Counted from the first letter of the stretch, positions 38,781-49,538 are shown. The stretch is DNA of 64,000 bases from an uncultured Candidatus Rokubacteria bacterium (GCA_963721815.1 CAVRLO010000010.1:278257-342256); one strand, 5' to 3'. Notes: generated by a model not told the origin, from the letters alone. Program-made: numbers and translations.

Positions 38781-39785
38781 TCAATAGGACCGCTTCACCG
38801 CTGTGATGGCGCGCGTGATGCCCGGAATGACTTCCGCGTGCTCGGGCTTCTCGAACCCCTGGGCGAGGAGCCGCTGCTCCAAGAGGCCCGGTGAGAGGCG
38901 CACAACGTCCGGATCGATCATGAGCGCGTTCACGAGCCACAGGGCGGCCGTCGCCGGCCCGCGCCCTTCGTCGTCGACCATGAAGTCGTGCAGGACGATC
39001 CGTCCGCCGGGAGCCAGCGCCGCGAACGCCCGCGCGAGGAGCTGGTCGACGCCGCGCGCGGAGACCGCGCTGAGGAGATACGAGAGCAACACGACGTCCT
39101 GACCCGCGGGCCACTCCGTGATCAGCGCGTCGCCCGGGGTGAACGTGATGCGGTCGCTCATGCCGGCGTCGCGGACGAAGGCCGCGGCCGGCGTCTGGAC
39201 ACCGGGAAAATCCAGGATGGTCGCCGTCAGCCCCGGGAACCGCTGACAGAGGGTGATGCTGAAGGCGCCGCTACCCCCGCCGACGTCGAGCAGACGCCGG
39301 GCGCCTTTCAGGTCCACGGTGCGCGCTAGCACGACCGCCGGGCCGAGCGAGCCGGCGTGCTGACCGCGGCTGAAGCTCAGCGCCTCTTCCGGGTCGTCCA
39401 TGAGGCGATAGAAATCGGCGCGCTCACCGCGTAGCGCGTCCGGCAACCGGGCGAATGCCGGGTAGACCTGGCGATCGATCTGGAAGCGATAGTAGTCGCC
39501 GAAGTAGCTGGGAGCCCCCCGGACGAGATAGGCCTGACTGGCTGGAGCATTGCCGTACGCGTCAGCGTGCTTCACGAGCAGGCCGAGGCTGACACAGGCG
39601 GTGAGCAAGATCTCGAGCCGGCTCCGGAGCAGGCCGGTCTCTGCGGCGAGCTCGTCCACGCTCTTCGAGGCCGTCGCGAGCCGCCCGAAAAGGTCGAGAT
39701 CGAGCGCCGCGAACAGCACCTTCGACGCCATGAACCCGTACGCGATCCGCGAGATATCGCGGACATTGTCGAGCGGCTCTGTCAC
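38781..39785 (-). CDS. SAM-dependent methyltransferase (Methyltransf_2 plus dimerisation domain), DsyB-like
   Basis: GFMASKVLFAAL, FGDYYRFQIDRQVYP, QHAGSLGPA, LLDVGGGSG and HDFM. Confidence 0.88.
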   Translation of the reverse strand: MTEPLDNVRDISRIAYGFMASKVLFAALDLDLFGRLATASKSVDELAAETGLLRSRLEILLTACVSLGLLVKHADAYGNAPASQAYLVRGAPSYFGDYYRFQIDRQVYPAFARLPDALRGERADFYRLMDDPEEALSFSRGQHAGSLGPAVVLARTVDLKGARRLLDVGGGSGAFSITLCQRFPGLTATILDFPGVQTPAAAFVRDAGMSDRITFTPGDALITEWPAGQDVVLLSYLLSAVSARGVDQLLARAFAALAPGGRIVLHDFMVDDEGRGPATAALWLVNALMIDPDVVRLSPGLLEQRLLAQGFEKPEHAEVIPGITRAITAVKRSY

Positions 39786-39883
39786 CGGGCGATCTTCCGC
39801 CACCCACCGGTCCGGCGCAACCCGATTTGCCTCGTGACGCTTGTGTGAGACAAAGATGCAACACACCAGACAGGGAGGCCGGC

Positions 39884-40549
39884 ATGGACCCGTCCGCTGG
39901 GGACGGCTTGCTCTCACCCCTCGCGTACGCGCGCGAGGACGAGTCGACGGACGATCGCTTCTATCTGATGCCGCGCAAGGTCGTCCACATCGACGACGGG
40001 GCCATCGGCGCGCTCGGCGAGCTGTACGCCGCGTTGCTGCCGCCCGGCGGGCGCCTGCTCGACCTGATGAGCAGCTGGCGAACCCACCTGCCCCGCGACT
40101 TTCGCGCGCGTGAGGTCGTCGGGCTCGGCCTGAACGCCGAGGAGATGGCCGACAATCCGCAGCTCGCGGCCCACGTCGTGCACAACGTGAATCGAGAGGC
40201 GCGCCTGCCCTTCGGCGATGCCGAGTTCGATGGTGCCACATGCGCCGTCTCGATCCAGTACGTGATCCATCCCGTGCGGCTGTTGCGCGAGGTCCGCCGG
40301 GTGCTGCGGCCGGGAGCGCCCTTCGTGGTGTCCTTCTCGAACCGCTGCTTTCCGACCAAGGCCGTGGCCGTCTGGCTCGACACGACCGACCAGCAGCACG
40401 TGCAACTCGTCCGCAGCTATTTCGAGGCTGCCGGAGGTTTCACCGACGTGACGGACGAAGACCGCTCGCCCGGACGCGGTGACCCGCTGTACGCCGTGTG
40501 GGCGCGCGCGTCTTCAGGTACCATCGAGGCGAGGCCCATGACCCGATGA
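39884..40549 (+). CDS. Class I SAM-dependent methyltransferase (type 11)
   Basis: REDESTDDRFY..PR.V.HID, LDLMSSW and FSNRCFPTKA family motifs. Confidence 0.88.
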   Translation: MDPSAGDGLLSPLAYAREDESTDDRFYLMPRKVVHIDDGAIGALGELYAALLPPGGRLLDLMSSWRTHLPRDFRAREVVGLGLNAEEMADNPQLAAHVVHNVNREARLPFGDAEFDGATCAVSIQYVIHPVRLLREVRRVLRPGAPFVVSFSNRCFPTKAVAVWLDTTDQQHVQLVRSYFEAAGGFTDVTDEDRSPGRGDPLYAVWARASSGTIEARPMTR

Positions 40550-41373
40550 GCAGACTCGCGTCGTCCGCAGTCGAGCGATATCAACGAGACGGCTTCCACT
40601 TCCCGGTCCCCGTGCTGACCCGCGACGAGGCGACCGGGCTGCGCCGCCGGCTCGAGGCGGTCGAGGCCGAGCACGGCGGCCGGCTCGGCGGCGAGCTCCG
40701 CCACAAGCCGCATCTTCTCTTCACGTGGCTCGCCGATCTCGTGCGCCACCCGGCGATCCTCGACGCCGTCGAGGACCTGCTCGGGCCCAATCTGCTGGTC
40801 TGGAGCACGAGCTTCTTCATCAAGGAGGCGCGCGATCCGGCCTACGTCTCCTGGCACCAGGACGCGACCTACTGGGGGCTCAGCGCGCCGGACGTCCTCA
40901 CCGCGTGGGTGGCGTTCACCGACGCGACGGTCGAGAACGGCGCGATGCGGATGGTGCCGGGATCGCACGCCGAGCAGCTCGCCCATCGCGACACGTTCGC
41001 GCCGCACAATCTGCTCTCCCGTGGTCAGGAGATCGCGGTCGAGGTCGACGAGGCGCGCGGGGTCGATATCCTGCTGCGCGCCGGAGAGATGTCGCTCCAT
41101 CACGTACGGATGGTCCACGGCTCGCCGGCCAATCGGTCAAACGACCGGCGCGTCGGCTTCGCGATCCGCTATATCCCGACGTACGTGCGGCAGATCGCGG
41201 GGGAGCGCGACAGCGCCTTGCTCGTACGGGGCGTCGACGACTACCACTACTTCGATCCCGAGCACGCGCCCGCCGCCGATCTGGCGCCGGAGGCCCGCGC
41301 CCACCACGCCGCCGTCGTGGCGCAGTCGGCGAAGATTCTCTACCGCGGGACGGGGGTCGAGCGATTCAGGTAA
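40546..41373 (+). CDS. Phytanoyl-CoA dioxygenase (PhyH) family Fe/2OG enzyme
   Basis: WHQD (HxD), ENGAMRMVPGSH and HGSPAN..RR; ATGA-coupled to the methyltransferase. Confidence 0.9.
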   Translation: MSRLASSAVERYQRDGFHFPVPVLTRDEATGLRRRLEAVEAEHGGRLGGELRHKPHLLFTWLADLVRHPAILDAVEDLLGPNLLVWSTSFFIKEARDPAYVSWHQDATYWGLSAPDVLTAWVAFTDATVENGAMRMVPGSHAEQLAHRDTFAPHNLLSRGQEIAVEVDEARGVDILLRAGEMSLHHVRMVHGSPANRSNDRRVGFAIRYIPTYVRQIAGERDSALLVRGVDDYHYFDPEHAPAADLAPEARAHHAAVVAQSAKILYRGTGVERFR

Positions 41374-41406
41374 GGAGGCCGCCGCACGATCGCGGCCTCC
41401 TTACCT
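41368..41406. terminator. Bidirectional hairpin between convergent genes
   Basis: 15-bp perfect inverted repeat AGGTAAGGAGGCCGC/GCGGCCTCCTTACCT. Confidence 0.7.
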
Positions 41407-41412
41407 CTGTCC

Positions 41413-42939
41413 TTACTTCCCTTTGAGCTTCACGTCCTCGTAGGGCGCCGAGTAGGCGTGACCCGGGATGAGGCCGAGACCCGACTCCTGCACCCGGGGC
41501 CCCTGGCCGTTGATGAAGGCCAGCTCCCAGATCGGGATGACCATCGTCTTCTCGTGCACGATCTGCTGGATCTTGTGCAAGAGCGTCTCGCGCTTCTTGC
41601 GATCCATCTCGGCGGCCTGGTCCTTGAACAAGGAGTCGATCTCAGGATAGCTGCCGTAGACGTACGCGCCGCCGGCGACGACGAACGTCTCCAGCCGCGT
41701 CGCCGCGTTTCCGAAGGCGCCGCTCGCCGTGTAAGCGAGGTTCTTGTACTTCTTGTCGGTATAGCTCGCCCAGTGGGTCGCGCGCTCGACCGGCCTCAGC
41801 TTGGTGCGGATGCCCACCTGCTGCAGATAGTTGGCGACCGCCTCCTGCACGTTCGCGTACGCGATGTCCAGGTAGTATTCACCGGCGTCGAACCCGTTGG
41901 GGAAGCCCGCCTCGGCGAGGAGCTTCTTGGCCTGCGCGGGATCGAACGCATACGTGGGCGGCTGCCAGTAGAAGTCGAACGTGCTCGGAATGATGCTGTA
42001 CGTCAGCCGGGAGTGGCCGAGCGTGATGGCCTCGTTGATCGCCTTGCGGTCGATCGCCAGGTTAGCGGCCAGCCGCACGCGCCGGTCGTGCCAGGGAGAT
42101 TTCGGATCCCACTGGTCGAGCATGCTGACCCACTGCGGCGACTGGATCACCGTCGGCTTCAAGACGAGCCCGGGGGTACGCTGCAGCTCCTCGGCCAGCT
42201 CACCGCGGATCGAGTACACGATGTCGATCTCACCCCGCTTCAAGGCCGCCAGACGCGTCGACTCGTCCCCGATGACCTTGAAGACGAACCGCTTGACGTT
42301 CGGCGTCTTGCGCCAGTACCCGTCGAACGCCTCCATCACCAGCTCGATGCCGGGCGAGAACGAGACGAACTTGTAGGGCCCGGCGCCGATAGGCGCCTTC
42401 TTGTAGCCCTCGTCACCGACCTTCTCGACGTACTTCTTCGGGACGATCCAGCCCGCGCCGCTGGCCGCGGTGTAGAACGTCATGAAGTCGGGCCAGGGAT
42501 TCTTCAGCCGGAACCGCACGTGGAGCGGGCCCGGCGTCTCGACGGCGGCGACGCGGTCCTTGAGCTGCTTGGCGTTCGCGCCGCGGTAGCGGTCGAACGA
42601 GAATTTCACGTCCTCTGAGGTGAGCAGGTCACCGTTGTGGAACTTCACACCCTTGCGGAGCATGAAATCGTAGACGCGCCCGTCGGCCGAGACCTGCCAC
42701 GACTCGGCCAGGCTCGGGGCGGCGGTGCTCCCGGGCATCGCCTTGGCCATCGCATCGTGGATCGCGTACAGGATCATGAACGGCGTGATGAGACCCTGGG
42801 TCTCTGCCGGATCGAACCACGTGGGCGCGAGCGAGATGTGAACGCCCCACGTCATCTGACCCTCGGGGGCTGCCGCCGCCGGGGCGGCGACGGCGAACAC
42901 GGCGAGCAGGACCCATGCGACAGGACGGAAAAACCGCAT
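41413..42939 (-). CDS. Family-5 ABC substrate-binding protein (orphan)
   Basis: Signal peptide; APTWFDPAET, LAESW, LRKGVKFHNG and PIGAGPYK. Confidence 0.93.
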   Translation of the reverse strand: MRFFRPVAWVLLAVFAVAAPAAAAPEGQMTWGVHISLAPTWFDPAETQGLITPFMILYAIHDAMAKAMPGSTAAPSLAESWQVSADGRVYDFMLRKGVKFHNGDLLTSEDVKFSFDRYRGANAKQLKDRVAAVETPGPLHVRFRLKNPWPDFMTFYTAASGAGWIVPKKYVEKVGDEGYKKAPIGAGPYKFVSFSPGIELVMEAFDGYWRKTPNVKRFVFKVIGDESTRLAALKRGEIDIVYSIRGELAEELQRTPGLVLKPTVIQSPQWVSMLDQWDPKSPWHDRRVRLAANLAIDRKAINEAITLGHSRLTYSIIPSTFDFYWQPPTYAFDPAQAKKLLAEAGFPNGFDAGEYYLDIAYANVQEAVANYLQQVGIRTKLRPVERATHWASYTDKKYKNLAYTASGAFGNAATRLETFVVAGGAYVYGSYPEIDSLFKDQAAEMDRKKRETLLHKIQQIVHEKTMVIPIWELAFINGQGPRVQESGLGLIPGHAYSAPYEDVKLKGK

Positions 42940-43014
42940 CAATCGATCTCCTCAAGGGGACGGCGAGGTTTTGCTCCTGGGATCGTCAGTCGAGAATCGG
43001 CCCGGTCTCCCGCC

Positions 43015-43707
43015 TCATTCCCGCCGGCCGCCGGTGAGGCGCAGCAGCATCAGGAAGAGGTTGATGAAGTCCAGATAGAGGGAGAGCGCGCCGACGACGG
43101 CGTAGGCGCCGACCTGCCCCTCCGGCAACGCCAGGGCCATCTGCTTCAGCCGCTGCGCGTCGTATGCCGTGAGACCGGTGAAGACGATGACACCCACCAC
43201 CGAGATCAGGAACTGCAGGGCGTCGTTGTGCCAGAACATGCCGAGGATCGAGGCGAGGATGAGGCCGACCAGCCCCATCATGAAGAACTGTCCGGCGCCC
43301 GCCAGACTCCGCTTCGTCGTCGAACCGAAGAACGCCAGCGCGCCGAACATGCCGGCGGTGACCACGAAGGTCATCGCCACCGACTCACCCGTATAGGCGA
43401 GCAGGATCGCCGATAAGGTGACGCCGTTCAGCACCGAGTAGAGCGCGAAGAGGCCGGAGGCTGTCCCTGGGGACAGGCGGTCCGCCCTCGCGGACAGGTA
43501 GAACACCAGCCCGAGCTCAGCGATCACGAGCGCGAAGAACACGAGCCGGTTGCCGATCAGCACCCGCATGATCTCCGGCGAGCCGGCCACCGCGAACGCC
43601 ACCACCGCCGTGAGGCCGAGGCCCACGGCCATCCAGCCGTACACTTTCCAGAGGAAGGCGGAAACCCGATCCGCCGTCTGGACTGTTTGCGTTGTCCTTG
43701 CGTCCAT
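43015..43707 (-). CDS. Bax inhibitor-1/YccA family membrane protein
   Basis: VYGWMAVGL, TAYDAQRLK and ALSLYLDFINLF. Confidence 0.93.
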   Translation of the reverse strand: MDARTTQTVQTADRVSAFLWKVYGWMAVGLGLTAVVAFAVAGSPEIMRVLIGNRLVFFALVIAELGLVFYLSARADRLSPGTASGLFALYSVLNGVTLSAILLAYTGESVAMTFVVTAGMFGALAFFGSTTKRSLAGAGQFFMMGLVGLILASILGMFWHNDALQFLISVVGVIVFTGLTAYDAQRLKQMALALPEGQVGAYAVVGALSLYLDFINLFLMLLRLTGGRRE

Positions 43708-43873
43708 TGGCACCCCCCTTTGCTTGGAGTTGACGGCGCCTATTGTACCGGGGAGGGGCCTCCGGCGGGGAACGGCGACAGTACGCTGCCGGCAGTGGCT
43801 GGGCGGCCAGGCGACGCCGGCCGGGCGCGCCCAGGATCGGCGGCCCGGCCCTTGCCGGAACGCGCCCGTGGAA

Positions 43874-45025
43874 TCAGCTGCCGCCGGTATAGGTGATGCG
43901 GTAGATGCGTCCGGCCTTGTCGTCGGAGACCAGGAGCGCTCCGTCGGGCATCACGAGCACGTCGGCCGGACGCCCGGATGCGGTACTGCCCTTGAGCCAG
44001 CCCGCGGCAAAGGGCTCGTAGGACGTGCCCCGCCCGTTCTCGATCTTCACGAACGTGACGCGGTAGCCGATCGGCGTCGAGCGGTTCCAGGAGCCGTGCT
44101 CGGCGATGAAGACACCGCCCCGGTACTTCTCGGGAAACATGCGGCCCGTGTAAAAGCGCATCCCGATCGCCGCGACGTGCGGACCGAGCTCGCGGGCCGG
44201 CCCCGTGAACTCGCCGCACGCGCGTCCGGCGTTGTGCTCCGGATCGCGGATGCCGTTGCCGTGGCAGAACGGATAACCAAAGTGCTCGCCCGCCTTCGCC
44301 AGACGATTCAGCTCGTCGGGCGGCTGGTCGTCCCCCAGCCAGTCTCGGCCGTTGTCCGTGAACCACAGCTCGCCGCTCGCCGGATCGAAGTCGAAACCGA
44401 CGCTGTTCCGTACGCCCCTCGCCACGACCTCGGGCCGGCCGCCGCCGACGTCGATCCGAGTGATCGTCGCGTACAGCGGCCCCGGGAGGGCGCAGATGTT
44501 GCACGGCGCTCCGACCGGGACGTAGAGCCGCCCGTCCGGACCGAAGGCGATGAACTTCCAGCCGTGGTGCGCGTCGGACGGATAGGCGTCGCTGACGACC
44601 TCGGGCTTCGGCGGCCGCGCGAGATCGCGCGCGACGTCGGCGAAGCGCAGGATCCGGTTCACCGCGGCGACGTAGAGCGCGCCGTCGCGGAAGGCGACGC
44701 CGCTCGGCGCGTTGAGGCCGCTGGCCAGCACGTGGACCTGGTCCGCCCGGTGGTCACCGTCGCGATCCACGACCGCGTACACCTTACCCGCGGAGCGAGA
44801 GCCGACGAACACGACGCCGGCTGGACCGAGCGCCATCTGGCGGGCGTCCGGTACGTCGGCGGCGAAGACCGCGATGCGGAAGCCCGGCGGCAGGGTGATC
44901 TCGTCCATCTCGGCGGCGGAGCTCGGCAAGATGCTCGTGAGATACCCGCGATAGAGGCAGCCGACGACTACGAGCGCGGCAAGGGGAATCAGGAGCGCGG
45001 TCAGGATCACGGGTGATCTACGCAT
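43874..45025 (-). CDS. Glucose/sorbosone dehydrogenase (PQQ-type beta-propeller) family protein
   Basis: HHGWKFIAFGPDG, GVRNSVG, DNGRD, EHGSWNR and GRPADV. Confidence 0.9.
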   Translation of the reverse strand: MRRSPVILTALLIPLAALVVVGCLYRGYLTSILPSSAAEMDEITLPPGFRIAVFAADVPDARQMALGPAGVVFVGSRSAGKVYAVVDRDGDHRADQVHVLASGLNAPSGVAFRDGALYVAAVNRILRFADVARDLARPPKPEVVSDAYPSDAHHGWKFIAFGPDGRLYVPVGAPCNICALPGPLYATITRIDVGGGRPEVVARGVRNSVGFDFDPASGELWFTDNGRDWLGDDQPPDELNRLAKAGEHFGYPFCHGNGIRDPEHNAGRACGEFTGPARELGPHVAAIGMRFYTGRMFPEKYRGGVFIAEHGSWNRSTPIGYRVTFVKIENGRGTSYEPFAAGWLKGSTASGRPADVLVMPDGALLVSDDKAGRIYRITYTGGS

Positions 45026-45152
45026 CGCTCCGGCCTCCGAGCAGGCTCGCTGACGTCGCCACGTCGCATCGTCCCCCTACCTTCGATTCTAGCCCGACGA
45101 GCTAGAGGCGACGGATCGCGGCGGGCGTGAGTCGGTGATCGGAGGCTCGCGC

Positions 45153-46109
45153 TCAGCGGATCGCGATCGGCGCGACGGTCGAGCCTGTCGCTCCCTTCAG
45201 CTTGAGTGGCTGCATCACGAACGCGAACTCGTGCACGCGCTTGGACGCAAGCTCGTCGAGCTTCAGATTCTCGAGCAGGTGGATGCCATTGACGACGAGC
45301 ATGATCTGATGAACCGGCAAGGAGATTTGCGCATCCGGGTTTGGCGAGATCTCCACCGGAAAATTGTCCGAGCCGACCAGCATCGGATCCTGGCGCGCCA
45401 GCCACTCGGCGGCGGCGACGCCGATGCCGGGACATCCCTTCATATAGCGTGCGTTGTCGCGCGCCCACAGCTTGCCCCACCCGGTGTGAATGATCACCGC
45501 ATCGCCGGGTTGCAGCGTGAGGTTCTGCCGCTGCAGCGCCTGCTGCAGATCCCCCACCGTGATCTCATAGTTGTCGGGCAAGATGTCGACGCTCTTGAGG
45601 GCTGCGACGTCGATCAGCACGCCGCGCGTCATGAGCGCGCCGACGTTCTCGATGCCGAGCTTCGTGAAGCCCGTGCGGGTGGACACCTCGTCCAGCTTGA
45701 AGCAGTTGTAGAGACCGTTCTCGATCGTCTGGTGGGCGAAGCCGTCGAACTGCGTGCCCACCTGACCGATCTCGGACAGGACGACCTCCTCGTTGCTGCC
45801 ACGGCGATTCGACTGCGGGTTCATGAACGTGCGCTTGACGTGCACGTCGAATCGCCGCGTGCTCGAGATCGGCATGTCGGACGAGAGCACGTGACCAATC
45901 TCGATGACCTCACCGGTGCGGACCAGGCGTGTCGCGCGCAGCACGCTCTCGGGCTTCATGTGATTCGCCGACCCTCGCTGGTCGCCGGCGCCCCACTTCG
46001 AGGGGCACCGCTGGCTGTCCGCCGGAGGCCGCCACGACTGCGCGTCGACCGGTTCACCGAGCAGAACGAGCGCCGTGGCCAGCGTGATCGCGGTCGCGAT
46101 GTGTCGCAT
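45153..46109 (-). CDS. Secreted cyclase-family (kynurenine formamidase-like) protein
   Basis: Signal peptide; WGAGDQRG, GTQFDGFAH, GSDN, PVHQ and GATGS. Confidence 0.88.
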   Translation of the reverse strand: MRHIATAITLATALVLLGEPVDAQSWRPPADSQRCPSKWGAGDQRGSANHMKPESVLRATRLVRTGEVIEIGHVLSSDMPISSTRRFDVHVKRTFMNPQSNRRGSNEEVVLSEIGQVGTQFDGFAHQTIENGLYNCFKLDEVSTRTGFTKLGIENVGALMTRGVLIDVAALKSVDILPDNYEITVGDLQQALQRQNLTLQPGDAVIIHTGWGKLWARDNARYMKGCPGIGVAAAEWLARQDPMLVGSDNFPVEISPNPDAQISLPVHQIMLVVNGIHLLENLKLDELASKRVHEFAFVMQPLKLKGATGSTVAPIAIR

Positions 46110-46418
46110 GAAATCCTCCGTCGATCCGTTGTTCGAACGCCGTGCCGAGAATGGGTCGCGCCAGCGCTGATGTCAAGCCAGGCTGATCGGCCCGGCCATC
46201 CCTGGCACGCCGGCCAACCCGCACAGTTCCTGACGAACATCGCCTCCCCGCCGCTCCCGGCAGCGATCGCTGGACTCGCCTGGCGGCGCAGGAGCAGATC
46301 GGGACGTTCTTCGAGAGCGACGGCGCCGTCAGCATCGATCCGGACGGGCCGCGGGCCATTCTTCGAAGTACCGATCGGGGCCCGCTGCCGGAGGTCCTGA
46401 ACTTCTGACGGGGGCGCG

Positions 46419-47642
46419 TCAGGTCGCCAGGCTTGGACTCGGCATCGCCGCGGGCTGCCGGCGCGGCGGGCGGAACGTGAACGCGATCGCCACGGCGCCC
46501 AGGCCGATGCCGAACGAGCCCATGTAGAGCCAGAAGTAGCCGCCGAGCGAGTCGTAGAGCCACCCGCCGGCCCACGGCCCGAGAGCCATTCCGAGCGTGG
46601 AGACGGCTGAGACCGCCCCGAAGGTCGTTCCCATGATGCGGGCGCCGAAGTACTCGCGAATCAGGATCGCGTAGAGCGGCATCACCCCGCCGTAGCTAAA
46701 GCCGAACAGGAGTGCCAGCGCGTAGAAGCTTCCGAGGCTGCTCGTGAAGACGTAGAGACTCACGGCGACCGCTTGCATCGCGAGGCCGATCAACAACATG
46801 CGCTTGGCGCCGATACGATCCGCGATGAGCCCGCAAAGGATCCGGCCGCTCAGCGAGGCCAGGCCGGCCACACTGAGCACCGTGGTGGCGGCCATCGCCG
46901 ACACGCCGTGATCGATCGCGTGCGTGATCATGTGGAAGATGGGGCCGGAGTGCGCCGCGCAGCACGCGAAAAAGGCGAGCGCGATCGCGGCAAACTGCGG
47001 CGAGGTGAGCGCCTGCGCCACCGTGAAGCTCGGACCGTCCGGCGCAGCCCCACCCTTCGCGAGAGTCTCCGCCGATGGCGGCTCACGCACCAGGAAGGCG
47101 GCCGGGATGATCAAGAGCCACGCGAGATCGCCGACCACGAGCATGGCGGTGCGCCAGTCGTAGGCGGTGATGAGCCAGCGCGCCAGCGGGCCCACGACGG
47201 TCGAGCCGAGGCTGAGCCCGGCAGACACCAGCGCGACGGCGAGACTTCGATTACGCGTGAACCAGCGCGTGGTCGTCGCCGTCAGCGGAGCGTAGAAGCT
47301 GCCCGCCGCAACCCCGACGAGCACGCCGAACAGGAGCTGGAACTGCCCGAGCGTCGTCGCCCGGCTCGCCGTCACCAGGCCGAGGCCGAGCAGCACCCCT
47401 CCGCTGAGCACGATCGCGCGCGTGCCGAAGCGGTCGGAGAGCGCGCCCCAGACGAACGCGCTGCCGCCCATGCAGAGCCAGCCGACGAGGGCCGTGGTCG
47501 AGATGCCCGTCCGCGACCAGCCCATCGCTTCCGACATCGGCTGGAGAAAGACGCTGAGCGAGAGCATCGCGCCCATCCCGATGCAGGTGACGACGATGCC
47601 CGCGCCGACGACGAACCAGCCGTAGAAGATTCTCCGCGTCAT
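46419..47642 (-). CDS. MFS transporter
   Basis: GALSDRFGTR motif A; intact 12-TM pattern. Confidence 0.92.
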   Translation of the reverse strand: MTRRIFYGWFVVGAGIVVTCIGMGAMLSLSVFLQPMSEAMGWSRTGISTTALVGWLCMGGSAFVWGALSDRFGTRAIVLSGGVLLGLGLVTASRATTLGQFQLLFGVLVGVAAGSFYAPLTATTTRWFTRNRSLAVALVSAGLSLGSTVVGPLARWLITAYDWRTAMLVVGDLAWLLIIPAAFLVREPPSAETLAKGGAAPDGPSFTVAQALTSPQFAAIALAFFACCAAHSGPIFHMITHAIDHGVSAMAATTVLSVAGLASLSGRILCGLIADRIGAKRMLLIGLAMQAVAVSLYVFTSSLGSFYALALLFGFSYGGVMPLYAILIREYFGARIMGTTFGAVSAVSTLGMALGPWAGGWLYDSLGGYFWLYMGSFGIGLGAVAIAFTFRPPRRQPAAMPSPSLAT

Positions 47643-47656
47643 CTCTCTCGGTCCCC

Positions 47657-47953
47657 TTAACCTCCGGCCATCGCTCCGATGACCAGGAACGGCTCCGCGC
47701 CGCGCGCGATCGCCTCCGGCAACGGCGTGTCGGGCGATTCCTGCGACAGGTCCTGCTCGCATGCGAAGAATCTCACGAATGCCCGGCGTTCGCGCGTGAC
47801 CTGATCGCGGATCGTCCCGCGCAGCATCGGGTAACTAGCCTCGAGCGCATCGAGGATCGAGCGCTGCGTCACGGTGCCGCCGACGTCGAGCTTCACCTCG
47901 CCGTCGACCCGCGCGAGCGTGCGCAGGTGGGCTGGGAGCACGACGCGGATCAT
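47657..47953 (-). CDS. MoaD/ThiS-family ubiquitin-like protein
   Basis: [10 protein letters not shown] ... C-terminal AMAGG; ATGA-coupled to the upstream gene. Confidence 0.88.
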   Translation of the reverse strand: MIRVVLPAHLRTLARVDGEVKLDVGGTVTQRSILDALEASYPMLRGTIRDQVTRERRAFVRFFACEQDLSQESPDTPLPEAIARGAEPFLVIGAMAGG

Positions 47954-49065
47954 GGCAGGGTCTGCGCTTCGACCGACACCACCGCCGGAAGGTCGCGGAC
48001 GATCGGCGTCCAGCTGTCTCCCGCGTCGGCCGAGGCGTACACCTGACCGCCGCTCGTGCCGAAATAGACGCCGCACGGCTCGAGCGAGTCGACGGCCATT
48101 GCATCGCGCAGGACGTTGACGTAGCAGTGGCTCTGCGGCAGCCCCTTCGTCAGCGCCTCCCACTCGTGGCCGCCCGTGCGGCTCCGGTACACGCGCAGCT
48201 TGCCGTCGGGCAGATAGTGCTCCGAGTCGCTCTTGATCGGAATGACGTAGACCGTGTTCGGTTCGTGGGCGTGCACGTCGATCGGGAAGCCGAAGTCGGT
48301 CGGCAGGTTGCCGCCGATGTCCTTCCACGATTCGCCCGCGTCGTCGCTGCGCATGACGTCCCAGTGCTTCTGCATGAACAGCACGTTCGGACGCGACCGA
48401 TGCATCGCGATGCGATGGACGCAGTGGCCGACTTCCGCGGTGGGGTCGGGGATCTGCTCGGACCTGAGGCCGCGGTTCATCGGCCGCCACGTCTCGCCGG
48501 CGTCGTCGCTGCGGAACACGCCCGCCGCCGAGATCGCGATGAAGATCCGTCCGGCCGTGCTCGGATCCAGGAGGATCGTGTGCAGGCACATGCCCCCGGC
48601 GCCCGGCTGCCACGCGGCCGCCGACGGATGAGTGCGCAGCCCAGGGAGCTCGCTCCACGTCTGGCCGCCGTCGGTCGTCCGGAACAGCGCCGCGTCCTGA
48701 ATGCCCGCATAGACGGTGTCCGGATCGGTGAGCGACGGCTCAAGATGCCAGACCCGCGCGAACTCGAAGGGCCGCTGCGTGCCGTCGTACCAGAGGTGAT
48801 TGCCGACGGCGCCCTCGTAGGCGAACTTGTTGCCCACGGCCTCCCAGGTCTTGCCGCCGTCGCTGGAGCGCTGGATCACCTGTCCGAACCAGCTGCTCGA
48901 CTGCGACGCGTAGATTCGATTCGGATCGGCGGGCGAGCCCTTGAGGTGGTAGAGCTCCCAGCCCCCGAAGTGCGGGCCGCTCACGTCCCAGCGTTCGCGC
49001 TTGCCGTCGGCGGTCAGGACGAACGCGCCCTTGCGTGTGCCGACCAGTATCCGTACTTGGCTCAT
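47950..49065 (-). CDS. BNR/Asp-box beta-propeller protein (exo-sialidase-like)
   Basis: Repeated SxDGGxTW boxes; GTRKG N-terminus. Confidence 0.9.
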   Translation of the reverse strand: MSQVRILVGTRKGAFVLTADGKRERWDVSGPHFGGWELYHLKGSPADPNRIYASQSSSWFGQVIQRSSDGGKTWEAVGNKFAYEGAVGNHLWYDGTQRPFEFARVWHLEPSLTDPDTVYAGIQDAALFRTTDGGQTWSELPGLRTHPSAAAWQPGAGGMCLHTILLDPSTAGRIFIAISAAGVFRSDDAGETWRPMNRGLRSEQIPDPTAEVGHCVHRIAMHRSRPNVLFMQKHWDVMRSDDAGESWKDIGGNLPTDFGFPIDVHAHEPNTVYVIPIKSDSEHYLPDGKLRVYRSRTGGHEWEALTKGLPQSHCYVNVLRDAMAVDSLEPCGVYFGTSGGQVYASADAGDSWTPIVRDLPAVVSVEAQTLP

Positions 49066-49109
49066 GCTGTGCTCCTTCCCTCGGGCTCCGGGTCGGTTCC
49101 TGGGCCTGG

Positions 49110-49538
49110 TTACTTGTTCTTCGCGGCGATCTGGTCGCGCAGGCGCTGTTCGGCTTCGCGCAGCTCCGGCGTGAACTCGGGGCCGAAATCTTCCGCCTCG
49201 AACACCTGCCGAATCTCGATCTCGGTCTCGCCCTCGACGGGATTCGGGCAGCGCTTGACCCACTCGATGGCTTCTTCCCTCGACTTCACCTGGAACATCC
49301 AGAAGCCGCAGATCAGATCTTTCGAGTCCTTGAAGGGCCCGTCGATGACCGTGCGCTTCGTTCCCGAGAACTTGACGCGCGCGCCCTTCGAGGTCGGATG
49401 GAGCCCTTCGCCCGCCAGGAGCACGCCGGCCTTGGCCAGCTCCTCGTTATACTTGCCCATGTCGGCGAGCAGCTTCTCGCTCGGCATGACCCCCGCTTCC
49501 GTGTTCTTGTCCGCCTTCACCAGAATCATGAATCTCAA
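49110..49538 (-). CDS. YciI/DGPF-family protein
   Basis: AGEGLHPT...IDGPF...W..RCP...EIR. Confidence 0.92.
   Translation of the reverse strand: MRFMILVKADKNTEAGVMPSEKLLADMGKYNEELAKAGVLLAGEGLHPTSKGARVKFSGTKRTVIDGPFKDSKDLICGFWMFQVKSREEAIEWVKRCPNPVEGETEIEIRQVFEAEDFGPEFTPELREAEQRLRDQIAAKNK

Noticed and set aside
40546-41373. PhyH protein as a SyrB2-type halogenase
   Set aside because: It has HQD; halogenases replace the Asp with Ala or Gly
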